A DNA stretch of 33,085 nt, from positions 1 to 33,085 of IMG/VR virus record IMGVR_UViG_3300020044_009089. One strand, given 5' to 3'. The notes below the pieces were generated by a model, which had not been told where the DNA came from, did no database searches, and saw nothing but the letters and a program-made list of their open reading frames with translations. Origin of the DNA: a virus. Taxonomy: Duplodnaviria; Caudoviricetes. The translations under genes and the position numbers were made by a program. Below are positions 24,475-31,651 of the stretch, piece by piece (the stretch's first letter is position 1; each line of letters opens with the position of its first letter).

Positions 24475-24932
24475 AGCTGGTCGATGGCTCCGGTGATGTC
24501 GGCGTCGGTGGTCACCACCCGGATGGCGATGGGGTTGCCGCCTCCGCTGATTTCGGTGCGCTCGACGTAGCCGCGCCCTTTGCCCTTGGTCTTGAGGTAA
24601 AAAATGGTGGCCGCGTCGCTGCCCTCGTTGATGCGCTGGTGCAGCTTGGTTTCGGCAAAGTCGAGCGCCACGTTTTGCAGCTCCTCGTATGCCGCCCGAA
24701 AAACGGGGTCTTTGCAATACTCGTAGAAGGTCGTGCGGTTGAGGCCGAGCTTGCGGCAGGCGGTGGTCACCACGCCCAGCGACTGCTCGAGCGCCTCAAG
24801 CATGGCCTTTTTGCGCACCTCAGCGGCAAGGGTTGACCGGTGCATGCGTGCCTCGGCAATGGTCGGCAGCTCCGGCTTTGTGTTGGCGGCCTTTTTACTG
24901 CGTGGGCTTTTGTTGGCTGGTTTCTTTGCCAT
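24471..24932 (-). CDS. terS: Terminase small subunit
   Basis: KKAMLEALEQSLGVVTTAC HTH and ATIFYLKTKGKGRGYVER motif; directly upstream of TerL. Confidence 0.85.
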   Translation of the reverse strand: MAKKPANKSPRSKKAANTKPELPTIAEARMHRSTLAAEVRKKAMLEALEQSLGVVTTACRKLGLNRTTFYEYCKDPVFRAAYEELQNVALDFAETKLHQRINEGSDAATIFYLKTKGKGRGYVERTEISGGGNPIAIRVVTTDADITGAIDQL

Positions 24933-24934
24933 TT

Positions 24935-25678
24935 TTAGACCACATTTATTTGAGCGGCAGGGTCGGGCTGACCGCCACCTCCCGGCTGGATGCCGGGCGC
25001 ACTCCCTTGTGCTACTGCCGCATATTTACGTTCCTGCAAAGTTATTTTTTTTCCCTTGTACATGCCAGCATCGTGCTCATCAATTTTACAATAGGGTATG
25101 ATAGGTACATTTAATTTACATGATTTGTCAATCAAATAAACATATTTTAATTGCTTTCCTGCAAATGGTTTCCATTTCTTAAACTGACTGCTCAATTTTA
25201 GGTGGTGCGCTTGTATAACATGCATTGCTGCACCAGTTTTTGGATTAATTCTTAAAGCTGTATTATCCACAATGCTAACCAAAAAAAAACCGCTTGCCCT
25301 ATAAATAGTCCCGTCACCACATTGTGTGCCGTCTGCAAAGCTTACCACCCATTTTATATGAGGGGCATTTTTTTTGATTAATTTTAAGGTTATTGCTATC
25401 ACACGACTTTCTGAATTTTTTGGCAAATAATTATCAAAAGCCATGCGATTTAATTCTATAAATTCATTCCAACGGGTGCCTTCAATTAAATTGATAGTCC
25501 CCTTTTTGTTTATGCTTGGCCCATAACTTAAAACACCGTGTAACCTATTGTCCAAAAAAGCACCAAAGTGTAAAACTGAGTTTGGCACTACTTTACCGCT
25601 GTAATGATGTTTTTTTACAAATTCATTTGCCAGCTTTGCCGGTATGACCTTTACGAGTATTTCTTTTGCTCTGCCCAT
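24935..25678 (-). CDS. Mom-family (GNAT-fold) DNA adenine modification enzyme
   Basis: FVKKHHYSG, IELNRM, NSESRVI and VVSFADGTQCGDGTIYRASGF motifs; in a ParB-modifier-terminase context. Confidence 0.8.
   Translation of the reverse strand: MGRAKEILVKVIPAKLANEFVKKHHYSGKVVPNSVLHFGAFLDNRLHGVLSYGPSINKKGTINLIEGTRWNEFIELNRMAFDNYLPKNSESRVIAITLKLIKKNAPHIKWVVSFADGTQCGDGTIYRASGFFLVSIVDNTALRINPKTGAAMHVIQAHHLKLSSQFKKWKPFAGKQLKYVYLIDKSCKLNVPIIPYCKIDEHDAGMYKGKKITLQERKYAAVAQGSAPGIQPGGGGQPDPAAQINVV
24953..25021 (-). tRNA. Degenerate tRNA-Gly(TCC)-like element inside the 3' end of the Mom-like gene
   Basis: GCGGCAG/CTGCCGC acceptor with U73; GCAC/GTGC D stem; CCCGG-CATCCAG-CCGGG anticodon arm; aberrant T arm GGCGG-TCAGC-CCGACC. 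Confidence 0.65.
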
Positions 25679-26268
25679 TGCATTATGATTAAATATAGTG
25701 CATTTCCATTGCTGTTTTCATTGCCCATGGTTTCAGCATATTTGTATTCCTCACTTTTCTTAATTTCAGCAAGTGCATTTTTTATAGTTGTGGCCTGCTC
25801 TGTGGCAAGGGTGAAAGTCATTTGCTCAAAGGGCGGTTTTTCACCTTCCGGCAGTAAAAAACCGTCTGATAAATTATTTGCATCAATTTCTATACCGGGC
25901 AAGTCAAGTCCCCACTCGGTCAGCTCAGCTGCGTCCCACTGGTTTGCCAGCACCTCCCAGTCCCACTCGCCGAAGCCCACGTTGTCTTTGATTATGAAGG
26001 CACGCTGCTGCTGCTCGGTTAGGTCTTTGGCGTACACCACCGGCACCTTGTCAAGGCCGGCGGCTTTGCAGGCTTGCAGGCGCATGTTGCCACCCAGCAC
26101 GGTGCCCTCGCTCGTTGCCACAATGGGTCGCAGCTCCAGCATCCATGGGTCGGCTTTGATTGAGGCCACCAGCTGCTTGAATTTTGCGTCTTTGATAAAG
26201 CGCGGGTTGGTGGGGTTTGGGTGCAGTTCGGTAATGGGCACCCACGTTGGGGTCGGTGGTGTTGTCAT
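25651..26268 (-). CDS. ParB/Sulfiredoxin N-terminal domain protein (partner of phage DNA modification enzymes)
   Basis: LHPNPTNPR, LRPIV, VLGGNMRLQAC and FIIKDNVGFGEWD motifs. Confidence 0.85.
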   Translation of the reverse strand: MTTPPTPTWVPITELHPNPTNPRFIKDAKFKQLVASIKADPWMLELRPIVATSEGTVLGGNMRLQACKAAGLDKVPVVYAKDLTEQQQRAFIIKDNVGFGEWDWEVLANQWDAAELTEWGLDLPGIEIDANNLSDGFLLPEGEKPPFEQMTFTLATEQATTIKNALAEIKKSEEYKYAETMGNENSNGNALYLIIMQWAEQKKYS

Positions 26269-26271
26269 GCG

Positions 26272-26682
26272 TTAAAAAATGGGGTAAGCTTTGGGCGTGC
26301 AGCTTGCAAGGCTGAGCAGCAGCAGCAAGCACGTCACGGTTATGATGTCAAGGCCATGGCATGCGGCCATGAGCTTGCGCTTAATTGTGAAAAGTTGGCC
26401 GGCAGGTGTGCTTTTGCCTTTGCCGAGCAGGTATGGGTTTTTGAAATCTTGCACCTCAGTGCGGCCGTCGGCGTAGGTCACTACAAAATCGGCGCGGTAT
26501 GTGGTTATGAGGTGGCCGTCCACCTCAAGGCGGTAATTTACCTGCCGGTCAATGTGCACCACGCGCTCGCGGTCGGTGGCTTGCCGCAGCAGGTTGAGCT
26601 TGACCCAATGGCGGTACTCGCCCATGCTGTCGAAGCTGCCCTCAGCGGTGCGCACCTTGGTGCTGTTGTACTTGGTCGGCAT
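26272..26682 (-). CDS. DUF1064-family PD-(D/E)xK nuclease-like protein
   Basis: KYNSTK...FDS..E, RQVNYRL, YRADFVV, VQDFK and IKRKLM motifs. Confidence 0.8.
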   Translation of the reverse strand: MPTKYNSTKVRTAEGSFDSMGEYRHWVKLNLLRQATDRERVVHIDRQVNYRLEVDGHLITTYRADFVVTYADGRTEVQDFKNPYLLGKGKSTPAGQLFTIKRKLMAACHGLDIITVTCLLLLLSLASCTPKAYPIF

Positions 26683-26686
26683 GCGT

Positions 26687-26694
26687 CAAAAATA
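26687..26694 (-). promoter_or_regulatory. TAnnTTTG -7 promoter element for the DUF1064-ParB-Mom-terminase operon
   Basis: TATTTTTG four nt before the ATG at 26682. Confidence 0.65.
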
Positions 26695-26698
26695 ATGT

Positions 26699-26727
26699 AA
26701 AAGGGCGACACGTGGCCGCCCTTTTTT
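26699..26727. terminator. Bidirectional intrinsic terminator ending the early/replication operon
   Basis: AAAAGGGCGAC-acgtg-GCCGCCCTTTTTT hairpin with A and T runs on both sides. Confidence 0.75.
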
Positions 26728-26728
26728 G

Positions 26729-27199
26729 CTAGGGCTTGCGGTGTGCGTACACCTCGGCCCATAAGCGGGCAAGGTGCTCGGTCACGTTTACGGTGTAGTG
26801 TTGCAGCCACTCCCGGGTGATGAACACCTGGGCGGCTAGGCCGGTGCGGTTGCTCTTTGCCGGTTGGGCCTCGGCAAGCACGTCACGGATGCGGGGGAGG
26901 TAGATATAGCCGGCGTCGGGCTCCACGATTGCCAGGCGGCTGAAGTGCGGCAGGCCCTCGGTGAGTAGGTACCGATTGAGGTGGTACCCGCCATGGCTGA
27001 GGTGCAGGGGTGCGTTGGCGTCGCGCTCGATAAAGATGGCGTTTTCTGAATAGCTTGCCCGTCCGAGCTTGCTGCGGTAGCGGTGCCCGGCGGGTGTGAT
27101 GAAAACGTCGTAGCCCATGTACGGCTGCCCGGTGGGCGTGGGCACGGCGTCGGTAAAGATGACCGCACCGTCGGGGTCATTGGCTCGGGGTATTTTCAT
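26729..27199 (-). CDS. Hypothetical protein (156 aa)
   Basis: Coupled ORF with protein-like composition. Confidence 0.65.
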   Translation of the reverse strand: MKIPRANDPDGAVIFTDAVPTPTGQPYMGYDVFITPAGHRYRSKLGRASYSENAIFIERDANAPLHLSHGGYHLNRYLLTEGLPHFSRLAIVEPDAGYIYLPRIRDVLAEAQPAKSNRTGLAAQVFITREWLQHYTVNVTEHLARLWAEVYAHRKP

Positions 27200-27458
27200 G
27201 CGGCGGGCTGATTAGGGTGTCGATGGTCCGGAGCTGGTCGCTGAGGTCGTGCAGGTGGCGCGTCAAAAAGGCTAGCAGGTCGCGGCGTCGCCAGTTCTTG
27301 CTGTGCGTGTTGGTGTGTTCTACAAAGGTCAGCAGCTGCCGGTTTTCAACTTGCCATGCGTCGAGGCGGGTGAGGGCGTCAAGGTAGGCGTCAAAAAGTT
27401 CGTCGCGGGTGAGTAGCAGGCGCAGCTTGCCCTCCGGGGTGAGGTTGGTGGTGCTCAT
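27177..27458 (-). CDS. Hypothetical protein (93 aa)
   Basis: ATGA-coupled ORF. Confidence 0.65.
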   Translation of the reverse strand: MSTTNLTPEGKLRLLLTRDELFDAYLDALTRLDAWQVENRQLLTFVEHTNTHSKNWRRRDLLAFLTRHLHDLSDQLRTIDTLISPPHENTPSQ

Positions 27459-27985
27459 AGCTCGCGGGTGATTTTGTAGCCCTTTGCCTTGAGGTGGTCG
27501 ATGGCCTGGGTGAGCGTAAAAAGTTGGCCACCGGGGTCGGTGCCCTCCAGGAGGCTGAGCTGCACCACGGCGGGGCGTGCGCTTTCGGTTGCCGCCTTGG
27601 CCGCGTCGAGCAGGGTGCTGCGCAGTTGGCTGCCGGGCTTGGCTTTGGTTCCCCGGCGGCGCTTAAGTGTAGGGTCTTTTTTTAACTTTTCGCGCTCGGC
27701 TTTACATTTAGCCCGGTACTTGTCAATAAGCGGGTTTGGTTTGAACCTGCCGGTGGCGCCCTTTTCGGTGGCTTGGTAGATGTATTCTTTGCCGTTTTTG
27801 GTACGCGTCACCAGCTTGCCGGTTTCTAGTAGATCAACTAGCCGCTGGTTGCCAATTTTGGCCTTTTTTTCCAGCTCATGTAAGCGCTTGAGCGGTTGGG
27901 GTTGCTTTGCCAGCATGCGCAGGGCTTGGTAGATTGCTTTGATGTACTTGTCGCGGTTTTCGGTTTTGTTTTCGTTTTTTTTCAT
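27455..27985 (-). CDS. Basic winged-helix DNA-binding protein (176 aa)
   Basis: LHELEKKAKIGNQRLVDLLETGKLVTRTKNGKEYIYQATEKG wHTH pattern. Confidence 0.6.
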   Translation of the reverse strand: MKKNENKTENRDKYIKAIYQALRMLAKQPQPLKRLHELEKKAKIGNQRLVDLLETGKLVTRTKNGKEYIYQATEKGATGRFKPNPLIDKYRAKCKAEREKLKKDPTLKRRRGTKAKPGSQLRSTLLDAAKAATESARPAVVQLSLLEGTDPGGQLFTLTQAIDHLKAKGYKITREL

Positions 27986-28224
27986 GGTGTTGGTGGTGTG
28001 TGTGTGGGTTGGTTGTTGTCGATTAGCTTTTCAATGGTCGGCCACGCCGCCTCGATGGCATGCCGGAGGTCGCCGTAGGCCTTCTCCCAGTCCGCTAGGG
28101 TCACCGGGTCGACGGCACTGCGCCGGGTTTCGGTTTGGCGCAGGGTGAGCAGGTCGGCGGCGGCGCTTATGATCTCGAGGAGGTCGACCACCTGCTCGGG
28201 GTATAGGGTTTTGGGCGTGCTCAT
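27982..28224 (-). CDS. Hypothetical protein (80 aa)
   Basis: ATG ORF coupled to the next gene. Confidence 0.65.
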   Translation of the reverse strand: MSTPKTLYPEQVVDLLEIISAAADLLTLRQTETRRSAVDPVTLADWEKAYGDLRHAIEAAWPTIEKLIDNNQPTHTPPTP

Positions 28225-28234
28225 GTGCCGGGGC

Positions 28235-28429
28235 TTACTTGTCGCCGAGGGTTTTGGGGCCTCCCGGCTTGATCCGGGGCCGCTTCGGCGCGGTTTTGGG
28301 CTTGGGTGGGTCAGTGTAGCCCTCGCCGGGCTTTTGTGCGTCCTTGGCCTTGCAAATGGCCCACGCTTGGCTTTCGGTGTAGCCCTTGTCGATTAGTGCC
28401 TGCACGCAGGCTTCAAGCTGTTGTGGCAT
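28235..28429 (-). CDS. Small protein with a CV...KGY...AWAIC helical motif and basic tail (64 aa)
   Basis: MPQQLEACVQALIDKGYTESQAWAICKAK, a motif recurrent in small phage proteins. Confidence 0.6.
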   Translation of the reverse strand: MPQQLEACVQALIDKGYTESQAWAICKAKDAQKPGEGYTDPPKPKTAPKRPRIKPGGPKTLGDK

Positions 28430-28697
28430 GGTGGTCGGGTTTTTGGGTGATTAGGTCGGTGAGGGTGTTGGTGGTGTAGGTGCTGGCGCCGTTGATCAGG
28501 TCGTCGAGCAGGTCAATGCGCACCAGCAGGGTGCGGGCTAGTTGCTGCCGGGTGTCGCCTCGCATCCGGCGCGGGTCGGCCAGCAGCCGGTTGAGGGTCG
28601 GGCGGGTGATGTCGAGCGCTTGCGCTAGGGCCAGCTTGGTCATGCCTCGGGCACGGATGAGGCGCTCGAGCGTGTAGGTCATTTGCTTGGGGGTCAT
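28413..28697 (-). CDS. XRE/Cro-like HTH transcriptional regulator
   Basis: LIRARGMTKLALAQALDITRPTLNRLL. Confidence 0.8.
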   Translation of the reverse strand: MTPKQMTYTLERLIRARGMTKLALAQALDITRPTLNRLLADPRRMRGDTRQQLARTLLVRIDLLDDLINGASTYTTNTLTDLITQKPDHHATTA

Positions 28698-29275
28698 GGT
28701 GTGGGGGTGTTGATGTTTTGGCTGATTAGGTCACCGGCAGCCCACGCGTCGCCCTCCTGCCGGTTGCGGCGGTGCTTTTCGCCTTGGGTGGCCAGCAGGT
28801 GTTGGTTTTCGCGGTGCTGCACGATGCCCTCGGTGCGCTCGTCGAAGTAGGCGTTGAGCCACTCCACCAGCGTGTCGTATCCGAAGCCGCCGTACAGCTT
28901 GCCGAAGGCTTGGCGCTTGAAGGCCAGCTCCAAAAAGGTTTTGAGCTCGGGCAGGGTCAGGTTGCGCACCTCGGGCAGGTCGGCGAAGGCCTTGCCCATT
29001 GCGATGCACGCCTCGGCGGCCACTGCCCGGCTGGCCGGTAGCATCGACACGTAGGTGGCGATGGCCTCGGTGACGGTCAAGGTGACCAGCTGCTGGGCGT
29101 TGCTTGGGTCGGCGCGGTATAGGGCACCGATACACGGCTCGCCGCTTTGGATGGCTGCCACGGCTGCGCTGGTGGCGGTGCGGTGGCTAGGCGTTGCCTG
29201 CCAAGCTCTCGCGAATAGTTGCGGCGAGGTGAGCTGCTGAGCCAGTGCCGCCGGTAGTTGGTTTGGGTTTTCCAT
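28694..29275 (-). CDS. Replication-associated protein downstream of the initiator (helicase-loader-like, DUF6633-like)
   Basis: LTLPELKTFL...FGKLYG..GYDTLVEWLNAYFDER motif; position after the initiator. Confidence 0.55.
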   Translation of the reverse strand: MENPNQLPAALAQQLTSPQLFARAWQATPSHRTATSAAVAAIQSGEPCIGALYRADPSNAQQLVTLTVTEAIATYVSMLPASRAVAAEACIAMGKAFADLPEVRNLTLPELKTFLELAFKRQAFGKLYGGFGYDTLVEWLNAYFDERTEGIVQHRENQHLLATQGEKHRRNRQEGDAWAAGDLISQNINTPTP

Positions 29276-30065
29276 AGTTGGTGCGTAGGGTTTCAATCAT
29301 GTTTGGCAGCTGGCTGTTGATTTGCCGGAGCTGAACCTGCCCGCGCTGCCAGTCGGTCAGCAGGTGCCAGTTGTCGAGCATGAACTGCCAAAGCTCCAGC
29401 GCGGTTTTGCTGCCGGCCTTGACGGTGTCGACCTGCTCGAAGTAGGTCACGATGGCCTTGAGGGCTGCGCCGTCGGCGTCGGTGATCCGGGTGGGCAGGC
29501 TGCGATCGGCAAGGAAGTCGGCGTAGGCCTTCATAAAGTCGGCGAAGGGGCCGGCTGGTTTTTTTTTGGCCGGTGCTTTGTCCTTTTCCTTGTCTTTGTC
29601 CTTATCCTTATCCTTATCCTTATCCTTAGCCCCTAGCTTGGGGCTAGCTTGACCCTTGCTAGGGTCAACGTAGGGGCTAGCTAGGGGCTTGATAGGGTCT
29701 AGCTTGGGGCTTTCGCTTTGTGGCTCGTTTTCAGTCAGTTGGTATTTTTCCATATTTTCAATTACGGCGCGGTGCACCCGGTTGGCCGGGTTGAGCTCGC
29801 CGTACTGAAACGCGACGAAGTCGGGCAGCCACCACTTGGTGCCGCCGTCGAAGGGCACCGCAAAGCCCTCAAGCTGGGCCAGCAGCTCGGCCTCACCGGG
29901 CAGCTCCATGCCGATGCGCAGGGCTGCCACGTCAAGCTCCACGCGCCACGTGCCGGTGTGATCGGCCTCACAAATTAAATACACGTAGAACAGTTTGAGG
30001 TGGGGCGGCAGCCGCTTCATGCGTGCCGTTTTGAACAGATTGGTGTCGATAAAGCGCTTGGCCAT
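29187..30065 (-). CDS. Phage replication initiator (lambda O/DnaD-like architecture)
   Basis: MAKRFIDT...KLFYVYLICEADHTG N-domain; iteron-bearing linker; (DK)n run; C-terminal helical domain. Confidence 0.75.
   Translation of the reverse strand: MAKRFIDTNLFKTARMKRLPPHLKLFYVYLICEADHTGTWRVELDVAALRIGMELPGEAELLAQLEGFAVPFDGGTKWWLPDFVAFQYGELNPANRVHRAVIENMEKYQLTENEPQSESPKLDPIKPLASPYVDPSKGQASPKLGAKDKDKDKDKDKDKEKDKAPAKKKPAGPFADFMKAYADFLADRSLPTRITDADGAALKAIVTYFEQVDTVKAGSKTALELWQFMLDNWHLLTDWQRGQVQLRQINSQLPNMIETLRTNYGKPKPTTGGTGSAAHLAATIRESLAGNA
29624..29711. repeat. Eight tandem 11-bp iteron-like units (consensus AGCCCCWAGCT): probable replication origin
   Basis: Minus strand: agccccaagct agaccctatca agcccctagct agcccctacgt tgaccctagca agggtcaagct agccccaagct aggggctaagg, then GATAAG repeats. 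Confidence 0.7.
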
Positions 30066-30068
30066 GGC

Positions 30069-30566
30069 TCAGCCTTTTGGGTAGATTATGGCGTAGGAGC
30101 TGGTCGAGGTGCGGCGCGGCGGCTGCAGCGTCACCACCTCACCGGTCACCGGGTCGACCACCGTGGTGGGCGCTTTGATGGCCTTGAGCAGCTCCTGCCG
30201 GAGCTTGATCGCCTCGTTGACCTCGTACTGCTGCACCAGGAGCTCGTCGAGCTCGGGGTCGGCGCAGGCTGAGAAGTCGTACCGTATGCCGGTTTCGCGG
30301 GGTTGCAGCTCGATGGCGCCCACCTTGATGCGCTCGCCCTTGGCGTACTTGCCAAGCTCAGCCAGCACCAGCTCGTCGATGTCGTCGATGGCGGCCTTGA
30401 GCACCTTGGCCATAGTGTCGAGCGCCACGGCGGCCTCCTTGGCGTCGATCTCGCCACGGTGCACCGCTTGGGTCAGCTCGGTGGCGGCGGTTTGGATGTC
30501 GGCCTTGCTGGCCAGTGTGGGCACCCACTTGAGCAGGGCGCCGGTGCTTTGGTTTTGGTTTTCCAT
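30069..30566 (-). CDS. Conserved-type phage protein in the recombination module (165 aa)
   Basis: ETGIRYDFSAC.DP...VDPVTGEV...PP pattern; lies between ERF and the initiator. Confidence 0.7.
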   Translation of the reverse strand: MENQNQSTGALLKWVPTLASKADIQTAATELTQAVHRGEIDAKEAAVALDTMAKVLKAAIDDIDELVLAELGKYAKGERIKVGAIELQPRETGIRYDFSACADPELDELLVQQYEVNEAIKLRQELLKAIKAPTTVVDPVTGEVVTLQPPRRTSTSSYAIIYPKG

Positions 30567-30571
30567 TGTGT

Positions 30572-30850
30572 TTACGTGTGTAGGTTGGTTTCGATGTACT
30601 TAATGACCTCGGCGTCGATTTCGGCGCGGTAGGGTGCCAGCTCGGCGGTGCAAATATATTGCCCGCTTAATGTTTCGGCGCTTTCGATGGCATAGCACCA
30701 GCTCAGCACGGTGTCGCAGGTCGGCATGCCGGTGGGTGGTGCCCAGTCAGCCGAGCGGGTCACGTCCCACGTGAGGTTGGCCCTCACCCACACCGCGCCG
30801 GTGGCGGTGTGGATGACTAGGCTGATCGCTTCAGAAGGGCGCGTTGTCAT
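30572..30850 (-). CDS. Hypothetical protein (start uncertain, 30850 or 30883)
   Basis: Fills the gap between ERF and the next gene. Confidence 0.55.
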   Translation of the reverse strand: MTTRPSEAISLVIHTATGAVWVRANLTWDVTRSADWAPPTGMPTCDTVLSWCYAIESAETLSGQYICTAELAPYRAEIDAEVIKYIETNLHT

Positions 30851-31589
30851 AATGGTCGGCGGCTTGGCGGTTTTGCTGGTCAATGTGCTCCATGTGTGCG
30901 CTGTCGACCAGTGCCTGCCGCTCGTTGAGGGTGGCGAGGTCGGTTTTGTTGACGCGGTACTTGCGCAGGATGTCGGCCACCTTGCCGCCGCCCTCGATGT
31001 ACTCGAGCGCCTTGGCGCCCTCGGGTGTCGTGCCGCCGTTTTTGGCCGTCAGGTTGAGCCACGGCAGGCCTGCCTTGCTTTCGGTTGCCGGGTTGGGGCG
31101 CACGGGTGCCGGTGCGCTGGCGCTGGGTTGGTATGTCATGTGATCGGAACCGGTTGCGTCGCTGTCCTCGTCGGATGGCAGGGCAAGGATGGCAGCAGCG
31201 GCGTACCTGCGCAGGTAGCTCAGCCCGCCGCCCATTTTCATGAGGTTGTTGACTTGGCCGCCCTCCCATGCCACGTAGTGCAGTTTGGAGGCGATAAATT
31301 GACCGGAGCGGTGCACGATCCGGGTGACCACGCTGTCACCGGCAAGGTGCTGCTCCATGAAGCAGCCGCAGGCGGCCAATGCCGGGCGCACGGCGGTCAG
31401 GATGTCGTCGAGCAGCATGTACTTGCGCTTGACCTGGGCGGTGATGCTAGCGGTGCCGTTTTTAGGCACTGCGATGCCGGAGCCGTGGAACTGCACTAGC
31501 GCGGCGTTGATCTGGTCGGTGTCGGCGCTTGTCCAAAAGCTGTCGGTATGCCATGTGATGGCGGGGGTGGGGGTGGGGTTGGTTTCCAT
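30831..31589 (-). CDS. ERF-family single-strand annealing protein
   Basis: KYMLLDDILTAVRPAL, TRIVHRSGQFI and GGGLSYLRRYAAAAILALPSDEDSDA motifs. Confidence 0.88.
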   Translation of the reverse strand: METNPTPTPAITWHTDSFWTSADTDQINAALVQFHGSGIAVPKNGTASITAQVKRKYMLLDDILTAVRPALAACGCFMEQHLAGDSVVTRIVHRSGQFIASKLHYVAWEGGQVNNLMKMGGGLSYLRRYAAAAILALPSDEDSDATGSDHMTYQPSASAPAPVRPNPATESKAGLPWLNLTAKNGGTTPEGAKALEYIEGGGKVADILRKYRVNKTDLATLNERQALVDSAHMEHIDQQNRQAADHYDNAPF

Positions 31590-31651
31590 GTATGTGTTGG
31601 GGTTGGTTTTTTTTAAGGTAGCGCGTTGGCCGGTCGCGCCCCCGGTGTTGG

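Noticed and set aside
24475-24717. Long N-terminal extension of TerL in the ORF track (similar cases at 18462..20207, 683..1192, 1336..1902 and 20907..21524)
   Set aside because: These are off-frame overlaps with upstream genes; coupled starts downstream fit better.
24953-25021. Canonical translational tRNA-Gly
   Set aside because: It lacks the TTCRA T-loop, U33 and a regular T stem, so it is reported as tRNA-like instead.
25651-26268. ParB as evidence of a plasmid-prophage partition system
   Set aside because: Only the N-terminal ParB/Srx domain is present, with no ParA or HTH, and the context is the modifier-terminase cluster.
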